Assembly (NCBI RefSeq): GCF_009914755.1
Contig: NC_060936.1
Reading direction: 5' to 3' (one strand)
DNA from: the human T2T-CHM13v2.0 reference genome, Homo sapiens
DNA length: 64,000 nt
This document shows, piece after piece, positions 1 through 14,561 of this stretch. The number at the start of each line of letters is the position of its first letter. Within the stretch, counting starts at the first letter, position 1. Both the position numbers and the translations under genes were made by a program. The notes under the pieces are model-generated. The model did not search any database, was not told the DNA's origin, and saw only the letters and a list, made by a program, of their open reading frames with translations.

Positions 1-443
1 TGGAGCACCCAAATACATAAAGCAAATATTATTGGAGCTACAGAGAGAGACAGACTTCAATACAGTAATAGCTGGAGACTTCAACACCCCATTTTCAGCA
101 TTGGACAGATCATCTGGACAGAAAATCAACAAAGAAACATTGGACTTAATCTGTACTACAGAACAATTGGACCTAATACATATTTACAGAGCATTTCATC
201 CAATAGCTGCAGAATACACATTCTTCTCCTGAGAACATGGATCATTCTTAAGGATAAACCATATGTTAGGTCACAATACAGTTCTTACTACATTGAAAAA
301 AGTTGGATAATATCAAGTATCTTCTCTGACCACAGTGGAATAAAACTCGAAATTAATAAGAAGAGAAATTTTGGAACCTATACAAATACATGGAAATTAA
401 TCAGTATGCACCTGAATTGACCAGTGGATCAATGAAGTAATTA

Positions 444-589
<146 letters not shown>

Positions 590-599
<10 letters not shown>

Positions 600-696
600 G
601 AAAGAAAGGAGAAAGAAAGAGAGAAAGAGAGAAAGAAAGAAAGGAAAGGAAGGAAGGAAGGAAAGGAAGGAAGGAAGAAAGGAAGGAAGGAAGGAA
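590..696 (+). repeat. (GAAA)n/(GGAA)n purine microsatellite derived from the Alu tail
   Basis: Directly visible. Confidence 0.95.
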
Positions 697-2350
697 ATTG
701 AAAAATTCTTGAAACCAATGATAATGGAAACAAAACATACCAAAACCTATGGGATACAGCAAAAGCTGCACTAAGAGGTAAGTTTATACCTATAAGTGCC
801 TACATCAAAAAAGAATAAAAAGCTTAAATAAATAACATAATGACACATCTGAAAGAGCTAGAAAAGCAGGAACAAACCAAACCTAAAATTAATAGGAGAA
901 AAGAAATAAAGATCAGAACAGAAGTAAAAAACCGAAATGAAGAAAACAATACAAAAAAATCAACAAAGTTAAAAGTTGGCTTTCCAAAATAATAAATAAA
1001 ATTGTCTAACCTTTAGCCAGACTATGAAAAAAAGAGAAAAACCCAAATAAATAAAATCAGAGATGAAAAAGTAAACATTACCACTGATATTGCAGAAATT
1101 CAGAGGATCAATATTGGCTACTATGAGCAACTGTATGCCAAAAAAAAGAGGAAAATGCAGAGGAAATGTGCAAATTCCTAGACACAAACAACTTACCAAG
1201 ATTGAACCATGAAGAAGTCCAAAACCTCAACAGACCAATAACATGTAATGAGTTTGAAGTCGTAATAAAAAGTCTCCCAGCAAAGTAAAGCCAGAGAACC
1301 AATGGCTTACTGCTGTATTCTACCAAATATTTAAAGAAGAACTAATAGGAATCCTATCCAAACTATTCCAAGAAGAAGAGGAGGAGGGAATACTTCCAAA
1401 CTCATCTTACAAGGCCAGTGTTACCCTGATACCAAAACCAGACAAAGACACATGAAAAAAAAAGAAAGAAAGAAAACTATAGGCCAATATTTCTGATGAA
1501 CATTGATTAAAAAATCCTCAACAAAATACTAGCAAATTGAATTCAACAACACCTTAAAAAGATCATTCAACATGACCAAGTGGGATTTATCCCAGGGAAG
1601 CAAGGATGGTTCAATATATGCAAATCAATCAATGTGGGGATGGTTAATGAATATAAAAAAATAGCAAGAAAGAATGAATAAGACCTAGTATTTGATAGCA
1701 CAAAAAGGTGGCTACAGTAAATAATAATTTGATCATACATTTTAAAATAACTTAAAGAGTATAGTTAAATTGTTTGTAACACAAAGGTTAAATTCTTGAA
1801 GGGATGGATATCCCATTTACCATGATGTAATTACTATGCATTGCATGCCTGTATCAAAGTATCTCATGTACCTCATAAGTATATACACCTGCTACGTACC
1901 CAGAAATATATAAAAAAGGCAATGCTTGGGCTAATTTTCTGCCAGCTAGCAGGTGGTTCCTCAGAACAAATATTATCTAGAAGATTAATATTAGTATTAC
2001 TTTATTTGCATTTCAAGCTGGTGAGCCCTGTATATATAGGAACTACATATTATTAATCCCTATGAAAGGTGAGGAGTATATATCTCAAATGATAGTAATT
2101 TCAAAATAGGAGACTATTAAATGTAGTGGCATTGTAGTAAATTCTTCCCGCTTTTTATTGTAGCTTTTAATTCTGTTACAGCAAATATAATACATTTTTT
2201 ATTTTCAGATGATGATGTTGCTACTTTTGCTTTCTATTGAGAGCCTTGATTGCACTTAGGAGCAAATAAAAGGGTTATGATAAAGGTGTAACTGAGAGCC
2301 GGCAGATAATGGAACTCAATTCCAATATTATATACTCTCTCTAAATAAGG

Positions 2351-3534
2351 TACAGGAAAGAAGGGAAAGCCCTTTTTTTAAATTTTTTTATTTTTTTAAA
2401 TTTTATTATTATTATACTTTAAGTTTTAGGGTACATGTGCACAATGTGCAGGTTAGTTACATATGTATACATGTGCCATGCTGGTGTGCTGCACCCATTA
2501 ACTCGTCATTTAGCATTAGGTATATCTCCTAAAGCTATCCATCCCCCCTCCCCCCACCCCACAACAGTCCCCAGAGTGTGATGTTCCCCTTCCTGTGTCC
2601 ATGTGTTCTCATTGTTCAATTCCCACCTATGAGTGAGAATATGCGGTGTTTGGTTTTTTGTTCTTGTGATAGTTTACTGAGAATGATGATTTCCAATTTC
2701 ATCCATGTCCCTACAAAGGACATGAACTCATCATTTTTTATGGCTGCATAGTATTCCATGGTGTATATGTGCCACATTTTCTTAATCCAGTCTATCATTG
2801 TTGGACATTTGGATTGGTTCCAAGTCTTTGCTATTGTGAATAGTGCTGCAATAAACATACATGTGCATGTGTCTTTATAGCAGCATGATTTATAGTCCTT
2901 TGGGTATATACCCAGTAGGGAAAGCCCTTTTGCCCTCTGAAAGTTAACTGAAATGAACCGATAATAGGCAGATTAACAGGAGAAAAGGTGTACAAATTAA
3001 TTAAGGTGCACAGGTGGAAAATCACAGGAGAATGATTACCCAACCACTCAATGAGTTTTAGAATCTTATATACTCTTCTCCTTCATAGGGGAGATGTGGA
3101 GAATGTAGGTAATTTTAGGGGGTGGAAAATGATTTTTAAGAAAGTGGAATGGGCCAGACAATAGTTTGTAAATGATTCTTTTTGTAAACTGATGGGGATG
3201 GGGGAACAGAAAATAGTTTGGAACAAAGTTCTTCTGGGCTCTAGATCTAGCGTTTAATTTTCAGTTTCTTCCGCTGTGATCTGACTTTAAGTTTTCTTTG
3301 TTTAGTAAAATTTTAGAGGGTGGATCAAAGGCAGTTGTGTTCCTCTTTGGCAGGTTAGATGATTTCTAGGCAAATAAAGAAACTTCAGAGAAGAGCCTTA
3401 TCCTGTGCTTTCGTGGAGAGACAGAGGAATGAGAGGCAGGAAGGGTTGGAAGGTCAGAGAAATCTTAAGCCTGCTTCTTTAGTTCCTCATGTCAAGGCAC
3501 GATGTTTTGGGATGTTGTTTTCTGAGCCCCAACA
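2351..3534 (-). mobile_element. ERV1 MER4-group solo LTR (MER39/MER49/LTR29-like), split by a young L1 fragment
   Basis: Reverse strand begins tgttggggctcagaaaac.. and has the typical MER4-group end (tttctcctgttaatctgcct..cagagggcaaaaggg). Confidence 0.7.
2377..2916 (-). mobile_element. 5'-truncated L1PA3-like 3' end (about 540 bp) with 15-bp TSD
   Basis: ORF2 C-terminus ([21 protein letters not shown]) plus 3' UTR; TSD AGGGAAAGCCCTTTT at 2362-2376 and 2917-2931; diagnostic 'gctaaatgacgagttaatggg'. Confidence 0.95.
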
Positions 3535-4242
3535 TAGGCATAAAATGTGATTGTACAGAAGACTTAATAACTAATCTCATACATGACAAGTTTCTTGCAT
3601 TCCTAACATACATATTTTTACAGACACAGAGAACAGGTTTTGTAAAACACATGCAGGTATTCTCATACAAATGTGTAAAATTAATTTGGTTACTCATTTG
3701 TTGCACTTGTTGAATATAAAATGAAAAGATATGCATAATGGTATCTGATATGAAATTACAAGGCCTACTGAGAGGCAGTAGAGCTTTGTGATTAAGCATA
3801 TGATGTCTAGAGTTGGGCTTTCAATGGTGGAATTATGATTCCACTGCTTATAAAATGTGGGACTGTGAACAAGTTACTTAATGTTATCTTTGCCTCAATT
3901 GCATTGTCTGAGAAAATGAATATATTTTTTCTTTTAAAAATATGTACTTAGGTTGCTATGAGGATACAACCAGCAGGACTATGTTAGGCAATCTTTTCAG
4001 TACTAGGCTTATATATTTGCACAGACTATTTCTATATGTTCACACAAGACATTTGGTAATAATTGTTGACTCTGGGACATGGGAATGAGATGGATGTCTG
4101 TGCTGGGAGAAAGACTTGGTTTGTCCTTATACTGTTTACATTTCCTACCAAATTAAATGATCTAATTAATCTGAAAGGATTCAAAATAAATAAGAGTACA
4201 ACAGTTTGGATTTTCACAGCCATATTGTTTTACTAGTTGTGG

Positions 4243-5040
4243 TGTTATGATATATATTTTCATCCGTGGTTCCTGGCTCATAATTCCCGTAGCCCTTGTT
4301 AACAGTCTTCTGTTATAAGGTTGGAGGTGTTAGGTCTCAGGGGCAGGCTTCTGACCTTCTGCCCTCCTTTCACCTGCCTCAATGCAGGACTCCAAAGCTC
4401 CCCTCCTTTCTGGTTGTGGGTCTTAAGTCCCTCTCATGAAAGAGTCCCGCCCTATACCCTTGGGGAAGGAATGCTGACATCATGAAGCTTCCATAGACCC
4501 CAAGACGGCAGCGTTCAGTGAGCTTCCAGATAGGTGCATACGCGGAGGTTCCTGGAGGGTGGTGCACCTAGGGAGGGCATAGAAGCTCCATGCCCCTTCC
4601 CCCAAATCTCACCCTACACATCTCTTCATTTGTATCCTTTGTGATATCCTTTATAATAAACTGGTAAACATAAGTAAGTGTTTCCCTGAGCTCTGTGAGC
4701 CACTCCAGCAAACTAATCAAACCCAAAGAGGGGGTCATGGGAACCCCAACTTGAAGCTAGTCCATTGGAAGTTCTGACGGCCTGGACTTGCAACTGGTGT
4801 GTTGGGGGCAGAGAGGGGGCCAGTCATGGGGACTGAGCCTTCAACCTGTGGCATCTGACACTATCTCCGGGTAGTAGTGTCAGAACTGAATTAGAGGGCA
4901 TGCAGCTGGTGTCTGCTGCTTGGTGTGTGGGGAAAATAAAGCCACACATTTGGTCACAAAAGCCTTCTTCTGTGTTGATGACTCTTGTGGTGTGAGAGTA
5001 GAAGAAAAACATGGTTTGAGAAGAGTTTTTTCCTGTACAC
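4243..5040 (+). mobile_element. MER21B-like solo LTR
   Basis: Starts tgttatgatatat..catccgtggttcctggctcataa, ends gagtttttcctgtacac; internal AATAAA near 4654. Confidence 0.8.
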
Positions 5041-7160
5041 TAGTACAATCACAGAAAAGTAGATTGCAGGTTTTTATAATGTTGTTTTGGACATTTGATC
5101 ATATGATTTCATAATACTAAAATTTGAGAAAATTGTTCTTAGGACTTTTCTATTCTTTGGTATCCTATAAGATTTTCATAAGACTTTCTTTTTTTAATAG
5201 TTTAAATATTTTTTTGGCAATGCATATTTAATATTTTTCCCATATCTAGTTATATATTCAATTATCAACTTGATCTGTTTTGGAGATTCTCATATTTTGG
5301 ACAATAGAAATTCATTGATCACAGTACCTCTGCAACCTAAATACTAAAGATGAGCTCATAAAAAAGACAAGATAGTATCAGGCAGCTCTGTCTATGACAT
5401 TATGAGAATGTTTCAGAGGGGCTCTCATCTGTTCAGATGTAGCATTCTTTTGTCCACGAGAGAATGGAAGGTCAGGTTTGAATACAGGTTTATGGTACCT
5501 TTGAGTAGGAAAGAAAATGGAGTAGATCCAGTTCCCATGATTGGCATTATCCACACACAATGAGTCAGCAGAAAGCTGACTTTGAGAAGAGATTCGGCTA
5601 TTGTATTTCTAAATTTTGAAAGGTAGGGGAAGTTGAGTGAGAAGTGTGGAAGAACACTGCAAGCTGGAGAGGCACCACACTGTGGACTTTGACTCAAGAC
5701 AGCTGTCAGTCACAGGGGAGAGAGTGAAACAGAATTGGTATAGTGGAAAGCTGAAAGCAAGAACATTTTCAATTTTGTCTAGAGGTTTATTATCTTGCCA
5801 CCTTGTGATTTAAGTCATTCATTTAATTACTACTGTCTCTTTTTTCTGGTCATACAAAAGCTTGAGAACAGATTGTCCTTACCTAATGCATATATTTTCC
5901 AGACTTCTTTATTGCCATGTTGGCACTAAGCATAAAATATTCCTTGATGGGACTTTGTCTTCCAAATATTTCAATGCTTTTTCTTCATTCTCTGGCACCT
6001 GACATTTTATTAAATAATGTAGAGAAAATGTCTTTTCTTGTCACTATAGTAAGCCAGGTGTCAAACGTTTATATTTCTTTCAGGTAACTATACCCAAGAG
6101 AACAATACACTTGGCATTTGGGCAGTAGGGGCTGTAGGGTCTGTTCTGATTTGCAATAAGCACTGGGAGCATTATCCTGGTGGAGACACACTTGCTTCTG
6201 CTTCCCACCCTCATCCCCAAGGCAACAGTCAGTAGGAACACAGTGGCATTTGCTTCTTAGGGAAGATGTGCTTCTTGCCTTATCCATTTGATTAACTGCT
6301 AAAAAATAGGGGTCCACAGTAACAACATATGCAGTACTTTGTGGTGTGAAAGAAGTGTCTCAGTTACCCTCCAAGGGACAGCTAAGAATCAGTCGTATTT
6401 TTATAAATAGCACATGTGAGTTACAGAGTTAATTTTTCATTTAATCTATAACCTAAAAATTGGTTGGTGCCTTATAGGCTCCTGACCTTTCTTACTTTAT
6501 CCCTATCTGAGGCTTTATTCTCTGAAGCGTTGTCCATGTTTCAGCAGTCATTGCATAGCAAAGGATGCATGTTGCTGTCTGGAGTACTTCCATGATGACA
6601 GCAGGTGATGAATGCCTTTTCTATAGGGATGACTAATATGGCTTTAGTTGGGGACCCTTGGTTATGAGGGGCAATAATGTAAAACATTCTAAGACACCTG
6701 ATAACCTGAACTCCCATGTAACTGAAATGGCAAAATTGGCCCTATGATCTGGGAATTTGTCCAAGATTTAAAAAATGTATCAGAGAAATGGACTTTCTAA
6801 TTCATCTTTTTTTAGGTGCCTGTCTAGAGTCACATTATATGAGAGCTTAGCATATGCAGATTTTATGCCTCAACTTACCTTATTATTATAAAAACAAGAC
6901 TTCTACTTGCTACAGAGACTTTCTCAACTTCTAATGAAAATAAGGGAAGAGAGAATAGAAGGATGGTGTAGGCCCCACATAAATAGAAGTAACATGGAAA
7001 ACGCATCATTGGGAACTGCTGAGGTACTCTAGATACAGTGAGCCCAGAATTCTTTCTCTATAGGCAACTACTTCTCTCACTTTCCCCCAAAACTGAAGAA
7101 TAATATGGATTATGGATTCCATAACACTGTTAAATACATATCTCAGAATTTTTCTTTTCT

Positions 7161-7200
7161 ATGTATGTATGTATGTATGTATGTATGTATGTATGTATGT
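7161..7200 (+). repeat. (ATGT)10 tetranucleotide microsatellite in an Alu tail
   Basis: Perfect repeat visible. Confidence 0.97.
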
Positions 7201-7486
<286 letters not shown>

Positions 7487-8338
7487 ATAATCTGAAGAAT
7501 TTTTCTTTTAAATCATTTCTAATCTATTAGCATTTAGATAATCAAATATCTTACTAAGTTCTGTTATATTTTTGCTTTAGTAACAAAGAAGGAAGGCTGC
7601 CCAGATATGCAATAGATGTGGCTCCATTATTTATCTAGTGAAATGTTCAGTTAGACATTTTGGATATATAAAGAAACAACAGAGTTTTCTGTGTAAAAGA
7701 GTTTCTGTGATAAATAAGGATAGAGTTTATCATAAGAGACAGCTGCATCGGTTTCTGTTTCAAGGTCATTCAAAGAAGGGAAAAAGAAAAAAAAGGAGTT
7801 GGTAATCTCTACCTAAATATGTGGCTGAAATTCTTGTCTAATTGTCAGAGAAAGGCAAGGCTTTAAAAAAAGACTGATGAGAGCAGAAGCATTCTGCCTC
7901 CTTTGTGGTTTGCTCTTTCTTCATGGCAAGGATGGGCTCCACATCTCCATTGTGGCCAGGGGCTTCTTACTGGTCTTTAGCTAGAGAGCACTGATGTGAT
8001 CTAACATCTATGAGGTGTTTTAAACAGTGGCTAACACTCTATTATGCTCAGCACACAATACAGGGCTTGAAAAATCAGTGATAATTGGTACATATTTGTT
8101 AAATTAATGCTTCAAAAATGCTGGGTTTGTGGAACACAGATATTCAAAATATCTGAGTCCTGGGTTGCAGATGTATAATCACGGAAATGAGCTCAGGAAT
8201 GGAATGGGTCAGATTTGTAACTGTTCACATATTGAACTTGTAAAGAGAAAGGGAAAGGGGTAAATTCAGAGTTTAGAGTCTTTCTGGGTTGGGAATTTTA
8301 GCTGTATCTTGGAATAAGATAACAGAGATGCACATAAC

Positions 8339-8982
8339 TGTGAAAGGAAAATAAATCTTACGACCCCAAAATCACTAAGCCAAAGGGAAAAGTCAAACTG
8401 GGAACTGTGGCAGGCAAACTTGCCTCCCATTTCATTCCTAAATAAGATAGCTACAAAACAAACAAACAATAAACAAACAAAGCTACCTACCTCCTTCACC
8501 ATTTGCCCACAAGGAAATTCCTTGTGGACAAAGGACAGACAGAACTCAAAAGTCACAGACAGAACTCAAAGTCATCCCTCTGCTTATGTGAGACAAATGC
8601 ATATCTGACTATTTCCTTTGCCTTATTGTTTCACTAAGCCAGACCAAGGCATAAGTGACTATTTCTGTAAACCGTGTATTCAGCGAAAGGCTAATCAGAA
8701 ACTCAAAAGAATGCAACTGTTTGTCTCTTATCTGCCTATGACCTGGAAGCCTTCTCCCTGCTTCAAGTTGTCCTGTCTTTCTGGATCAAACCAATGTAGA
8801 TTTTACCGATATTGATTGATGTCTCATGTCTCCCTACAATGTATAAAACCAAGCTGTGCCCTGATCACCTTGGGTACATGTCCTCAGGACCTCCTGAGGC
8901 TGTGTAACAGGAGTGTTTTTAACCTTGGCAAAATAAACTTTCTAAATTGCCTGAGACCTGTCTCAGATATTTTGGGTTCACA
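8339..8982 (+). mobile_element. MER4A-like solo LTR (ERV1)
   Basis: tgtgaaaggaaaataaatctt...cagatattttgggttcaca; TATAAAA near 8843, AATAAA near 8932. Confidence 0.88.
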
Positions 8983-9118
8983 TCGGTAAGAAAATCTCTG
9001 AAACATAGTAGTTACAATATGCTGTAAAGAATAGAACACTAAGTATGTTTGACTAGACTGGTTAATAGTCTAGTTGAGAGATATAAAAAGGAAGTAAACA
9101 GTAGCATCAAAATACGTA

Positions 9119-10383
9119 CTGGGGCTCATAAAGTGATACTCTAGAGACTGGTGCGTTAACATACTAAGAGGTCTTAGAAGCTGCTTCAGGATCAAGGTAC
9201 CTTTAACCTTGTCTTGTTAGCCTACTTCCCCCAAACTCTTGAAGTGCAAGGAGGGACACTCTCTGTAATTCCCTTATCTGACCAAGAGAGTCTTTCCAAA
9301 AGAAATGCAAGTAGAGGTTGGGAGTCATCACTACACCCAGATAGATTTTTTATTTATTTTTCTGAGGGCAGCTACAAGAGATTATTTGGAAGACTTTATC
9401 TGCATAATAAGACAACTTTTGATCCTGTGCAGATGAACCCCTCACCATCCCATTGATACAAGAGCTAGAAAGAAATTATTTAGGCAGACAGTGATGGTAA
9501 AGGAGTTCTCGGCAAGGCTTTTCTTTCTTTTTTTTTTTTCAGAAAGCAGCCCCAAAATCATTTATTTTCTAATGAAGAGCAGCCTGAAAAATTGAGCTTC
9601 AGACATAGATAAGCAAACTGGAAGCCTGCATGGGCAAATGTCAGCAGCTGTGCAAATAGAAGAGGGCTACCTGAGAGCCAGGCATTTTCAACATGGAGGC
9701 TCCATCTTCCCTTTTCTTTGTCATCGTGTGTATGTTAAAGGAACAGGCAACATGGCATTGACCAGGTAGAGAACCTATCTGCATAATAAAAGATTAGGAT
9801 GGGGCGGCCAGCTTCTTTGTGTGCTATACAAATGGCACGCCTGGTCCGACCAATCTTTCATGGCCTATGTAAATCAGACACTGCCTCCTAAAGCTCATCT
9901 ATAAAACCTTCTGGATTTCACTGCAGAAGTGGCAACCCATTTTCTCTGGGACCCCTCTCTGTGCAGAGAGCTGTTTTCTTTCTTTCACCTATTAAACTTC
10001 TGCTCTTAAACTCACTGTGGTGTATCCATGTCCTATTTTTCCGTGGCTGTGACACAACAAATCTCAGATATTTACCCCAGACAACAACGCCGCTTCACCA
10101 TAATATCTGCTTCCTGCATCCTGAGTCCATTTATTCTGCCTAATGATTTACTGCCCCTCATATAATTGTCTACATTCCCCATATCCCTGTTTCCCTTTTA
10201 AAAAGGGCATATAAGCTTCTGTACCTCACTGGGTTATTGAATCATCATTTTTCTGAAACTTGCCTGTGTTACGCATGTTAAAATAAAATGTGTATGCCTT
10301 TTCTCCTATTTATCTGCCTTTTGTCAGTTGATTTTCAGTGAACCTTCAGGGGCAAAAGAGGACATTTTCCTTTGGTCCTTACA
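9119..10383 (+). mobile_element. Older MER34/MER39-like LTR hosting a MER50 insertion
   Basis: 5' ggggctcataaagtgatac; 3' ttttctcctatttatctgccttttgtcagttgattttcagtgaaccttcag..ccttaca. Confidence 0.7.
9454..10097 (+). mobile_element. MER50-family solo LTR
   Basis: tgatacaagagctagaaagaaattatttaggcag...gccgcttca; 4-bp TSD CCAT (9450-9453 and 10098-10101). Confidence 0.88.
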
Positions 10384-10976
10384 TATGCACATATTTATAT
10401 ATATTTACATATAGTAATGTATACTGTGATATGCTCTGTATTTTTAAATGTTCTGGAAATGGTAACATTTATTAATTATGCAGAGTTTATGAAAGATTAG
10501 CAAATTCTCGTGGAAAGAGGAAAAAATGAAACATAGGTCAATATAATTAAAAGAAGGAAGTCCGATTTCTTTTGAAGAGGTCAGAAAGTGATGAGACTTT
10601 AAAAATACCAAATGAAGAGATTTCTTAAGGAAAAGGGTAAAATAAGGTTTAAAGAGCAAAAATTGATATTCTTCACTATAATCTCAATTAAGTTATAGAC
10701 AGAAAAACTACAGGCAAAGAGATTGAGATAAAAATAGCAAAAGCAAAGAACAAAAGAGTAATTTTATAAATTGGTTTAAGGTTATGAAAATAACACACCA
10801 AGAAAAGCTCAGAATTCTTTTCACATAGACACAATGTTTGATAATTGCCTAGGAAAATTTTGGAAGGAATTAAAATGTGGTAAAAACATTGATATGTATA
10901 AATAAAAATTAAACAAGAAAAATTAAAAATTAATGATGATATCTTTAAAAGGGGAAGGGAAGTATAGAGAAGGAAG

Positions 10977-12059
10977 TGATGGCAGTAGGAGGTAGATAAA
11001 CCCTAGGCAGACAGGGCCAGGTCCCTGGTGAAACCCGACCTTGAAGCCAAAAACAGTTTAAAGTCTAGCTACAAGTCACAGGTAAATCCAGACTGGACTG
11101 AGAGCCTGTCTTCCCATTTGGCATGCTTTCTTCTGATTGATTCTCCACCTTTCACCTATTTTACATATACCTACACTTTCCTAATTGGTTTTTTATTCTG
11201 TCATGCCCACCTTTCAGTGGTGCCTTTGTTTTAGCCTTTCCTGCATACTCACAAACCAATCAGCATGCACTCCCCATTCTGAGCCCATAAAAACCCTGGA
11301 CCCAGCCACATTGAGAGAGAGACCACCCAACTTTGGGTGGGGCACCACCCTCATGTCCCGTCTCCACTGAGAGTTGTTTTATCACTCATAAAATTCTCTT
11401 CCACGCTCCTCACCCTTTCACTGTCAGTGTAACCTCATTTTTCTTAGAATGGGTACAAAGAATGGGTACCGAACATGGGTACAAAGAAGGCTCTAACACT
11501 ATGGTTCTCTGTCTTCTACAGGCAGAGGGCAGCCATCCCACATGATGAGAAACAGTAGTGGGGCTGAGCCAGTCTCAGAGCTACAGGCTGGAGTGGGGCA
11601 ACAGGGCTGACAGAGCTAATAACGCATCACTGTCTGTTGGGCTGTGGATGGTGGGACTAAAAGACTAATTAGCATGCTGTAATATCCTCACTGGGGTTTC
11701 AGGGTTACAGGCACCCTTGCTTGGGCACCACTGTGTTCACCTCATATGGACACCAGAGTCCACTGTGGGAGTTGCTTGTGACATGCCTGGTCCAGCCGCA
11801 AGCCCTGCATGGAGACCACCCCTGTGCTGGCACTTGGACCCCACACTCGCTTGCTCACACACCCCCCACCCACCAGGGGCTGAGTGCACAGTCGTGATGG
11901 CTATGGGATTTGCACCAAGGTGCAAGCCAGGTGCAGCCTGTTGGGCCAAATACATGGAGCATCTCCTGTGGTAAACTTGGGCCCGAGCAAGGCCTGGGCA
12001 GGGGCATTACTGGCTGGAGGTCTCTGGCTGGCAAAGTGACAGAGAAAAATCCTATGTCA
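10977..12059 (+). mobile_element. LTR28/LTR27-like ERV1 solo LTR (about 1.08 kb)
   Basis: TG...CA termini; TSD GAAG (10973-10976 and 12060-12063); CCAAT and ATAAAA promoter motifs near 11257-11292. Confidence 0.8.
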
Positions 12060-12063
12060 GAAG

Positions 12064-12567
12064 GAAAAACGATTTTCCCTCTCTTCATAGTTGTTATTTG
12101 GGGCAACACCTGCAAAAAACAAAGATTAATAAGAAAAAAAAAAGTTTAATAACATGTATACCTCATGTACACATGTAGCTACCCAGAGAAATGAGTAAAT
12201 CTCAAAGATTTGAATTCAGACTTAAATATCATTCCATTAATAAAAGGGTGTGTGGAAGCCCAGTAATGAGGAGGTCACTGGAAAAAGCATAGTAAACAAG
12301 GTAAGGTTTGTTATGCAGATTTAAGTTGATACGTTCTTCATTGTTAAGAGTCTATAGTGATTTAGAGTCATCTTTTATTTGTGGTACAGAGAGAGACACT
12401 CACAAATGGAGACTTCCTCTATAGATGTAAATTTTCTTTACAAAAGGGTAACTCCTACTCTGTTTTCAGAACATCTCCTATGTCTCCAGTTTCTCAAAAT
12501 AATCAGCTCAAAATAATCCTTATGGCAAAGAAGCATATTTTGGGATGGATTATTCTGGCCCCCTTTA
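12064..12567 (-). mobile_element. MER34-like LTR (host of the LTR28-like insertion)
   Basis: aatcagctcaaaataatccttatggcaaagaagcatattttgggatggattattctgg is the reverse of a MER34-type 5' end. Confidence 0.7.
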
Positions 12568-12767
12568 AGAGAATATTGAAAAATTCATATGATTACAAAA
12601 TTTTATTAAAAAATGCTTTTATAGAGGTAAGAAAAACTAGCCCAAATATGAATAACTAATAGACTAAATGGATTATTTCCATGGGAACTTAAGGAAGATG
12701 GTTAAAAAATGTGGGGTCAGACGGTGAAGGAAATATGTATGTTGAGATCACTGAAATGCTTCTGCTT

Positions 12768-13646
12768 TGAGAAATGCAAATCAAAACTGTAATGAGATAT
12801 TATCTCACCCTAGTTACATTGACTTTTATAAAAGCAGAGGCAATAACAAATGCTGAGGAGGATGTGGAGAAAGGGGAACACCCATACACTGTTGGTGAGA
12901 ATATAAACTGGTATAGCTATTATGGAAAACAGTATGGTGGTTTCTCAAAAAAACTAAAAGTGAAACTACCATATAATCTAGGAATCACATTACTGGGTAT
13001 ATGTTCAAAAGAAAGGAGATCAATATATCAAAGAAATATCTGCACTTCCATGTTTATTGCAGCACTATTCACCATGCCAATAGCCAAGATATGGCATCAG
13101 CCTAAGTGTCCATCCATGAAGGAATGGATACAGAAAATGTGGTTCATATACCCAATGGAATATTATTCAGCTATAAAAAGGAATGAAATCCTGTCATTTG
13201 CAACAACATTGATGGAACTGGAGAACATTATGTTAAGTAAAATAAGCCAGGCACAGAAAGACAAATACTTCATGTTCTCACTAATATGTGGGAGCTAAAA
13301 ATATTTATGTCATGGAGATAGAATGACAGTTGCCAGAAGTTGGGAAGAGTATTAGGGAGAGAGGGGGATAAAGATGGATTGATTAATGGGTATAATAATA
13401 CAGTTAGATAGAAAGATTAATATGTAATCTTTGGTAGTAGAATAGGGTGACTACAGTTAACAATGGTATGTTTTATATTTCAAAAGAACTAGAAGAGCAG
13501 AATTGGAATGTATCTAACACAAAGAAATGGTAAGTGCTTGATGAGATGGATATACCTTGATTTGATCATCTTATATTTTATAATTGTATCAAAATTTCAC
13601 ATGTACCTTATACATATGTATAATTATTACACAACCATAAAATATA
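12768..13646 (+). mobile_element. 5'-truncated L1MA 3' end with 14-bp TSD
   Basis: ORF 12774-13298 is the L1 ORF2 C-terminal domain; TSD AAATGCTTCTGCTT at 12754-12767 and 13647-13660. Confidence 0.92.
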
Positions 13647-14561
13647 AAATGCTTCTGCTTCAATGTTTTGATTTTCTTTTTAAGATTATAGTAAGCCAGT
13701 TGTTTTAACAGAACATGGGAAGATTTTTATTTAATAAATTAATCAGCATATACATAATGGCACTTGTTATGTTCATAGGCAAGGTAACATAATGGAATAA
13801 GCAAAGTTTTTCTTTTGACACACCTGTGTTCAACTCCTCCTTCTGCCATTTTTTAGGGTATGTGAGTGAGTGACTATGTAACTTTGGGATACATTTTTTA
13901 AAGCTTATACTTTTTTAACTGGACAAAGAGAAAAATAAAAATAATTTTTAAGATAATGAGAAACAGATTAAAAATGTAAAATAAGTAGCACAGGATCTGT
14001 GCAAAGCATCAAATAATTTGTTATTCTTTCTTCCCTTCCAAACTGCACCCTTTTTTCCTACCTATTTTCTGAAATTGGGTTATATCTTACAAATGTCAAA
14101 AAAAGCTTTCTGGTCCCCATGGCAAAGAGTTGTATTTTTATTGTCTTTGCTTGTGAAAGCTCAGTTTTTTACAGAGATTCTTGTTTTTAATTGTCACCTC
14201 AATAGAGATACCTACAGCGATAACTTCACAGGCAATAGAATTTTAAATTAATTCTGTATTCTTATTTTTTGCTTAAAATGTCTTTGAAAAGATTGCATTG
14301 TGATGCAGAGTTTAAATGTGAAGTTACATTGTGTCTAGAAGACTGTTTGTCACAAGTCAAGTAATTTAAACATGGAAGAAATGGCCAAATCTCTCAGAAT
14401 AGAACATAGAACTTTTCAAAAGCTAGGAGAGGTTGGAGTGACTGATTAGTATGTTATAAAGAACTGTATCACTCAGATGCCCATCAGTGATCTGTCAAAG
14501 ACTTCCAGGTGACTAACAAGTAAAGTGTTTAACTTCCATTAATACATACTTCAATTGAAGA

